From an uncultured Bacilli bacterium (GTDB lineage: Bacteria; Bacillota_I; Bacilli_A; RF39; UBA660), in NCBI GenBank assembly GCA_947631365.1, contig CANRLB010000001.1, forward strand, positions 1-34,742: DNA of 34,742 nucleotides, written 5' to 3'. The translations under genes and the position numbers were made by a program. This document shows positions 34,732 through 34,742 of the stretch, piece by piece. The notes beneath the pieces are model-generated. The model did not search any database. It saw nothing but the letters and a program-made list of their open reading frames with translations, and was not told where the DNA came from. The first letter of the stretch is position 1. The number at the start of each line of letters is the position of its first letter.

Positions 34732-34742
34732 GCATTTTATGC

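Noticed and set aside
1-34742. CRISPR arrays, tRNA or rRNA genes, integrases, and an obvious prophage or ICE.
   Set aside because: I saw no regularly spaced direct repeats, no G+C-rich structured RNA islands, and no recombinase, terminase or capsid-like ORFs. Intergenic regions are short and are explained by promoters and terminators. This is visual inspection only, and tRNAscan or cmsearch was not run.

Overview
This is a very AT-rich chromosomal segment coded almost entirely on the minus strand. It comes from an endospore-forming low-GC Firmicute, and the gene order resembles Bacilli or Erysipelotrichia. G+C content and similarity statistics were not computed, and all family calls rest on motifs read by eye.

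Recognisable core blocks, from high to low coordinates:
- infC-rpmI-rplT, with an L20-leader-type attenuator and an ATA start codon for IF3.
- The division and sporulation cluster ftsA-ftsZ-spoIIGA-sigE-sigG-ylmC.
- murE, lspA-rluD, and a GluP-type rhomboid protease.
- A SanA / DUF368 pair, and spoIVB.
- The dnaG-sigA-trmK operon.
- Split type IV pilus or competence-pseudopilus genes: a short pilB at 10.4 kb and pilC-pilD at 1-3 kb.
- A SpoIIM-like gene.

Accessory or uncharacterised content:
1. A four-gene orphan operon (29637-33227) with two tandem diverged paralogs, plus a bitopic membrane protein gene (28753-29469), lying between rplT and ftsA.
2. A 724-aa protein with an array of 34-residue helical repeats (14167-16341). 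Next to it is a cassette of two intact paralogs and one internally deleted remnant (16497-18229), then a leaderless M23 peptidase.
3. A degenerate orphan RnfC/RnfD-like pair (7272-9240), next to an Rpn-family PD-(D/E)XK nuclease or transposase-like gene.

I found no rRNA, tRNA or CRISPR array. The two orphan clusters are the best candidates for an undescribed system. No catalytic or binding motif is visible in them, so their function cannot be inferred from sequence alone.
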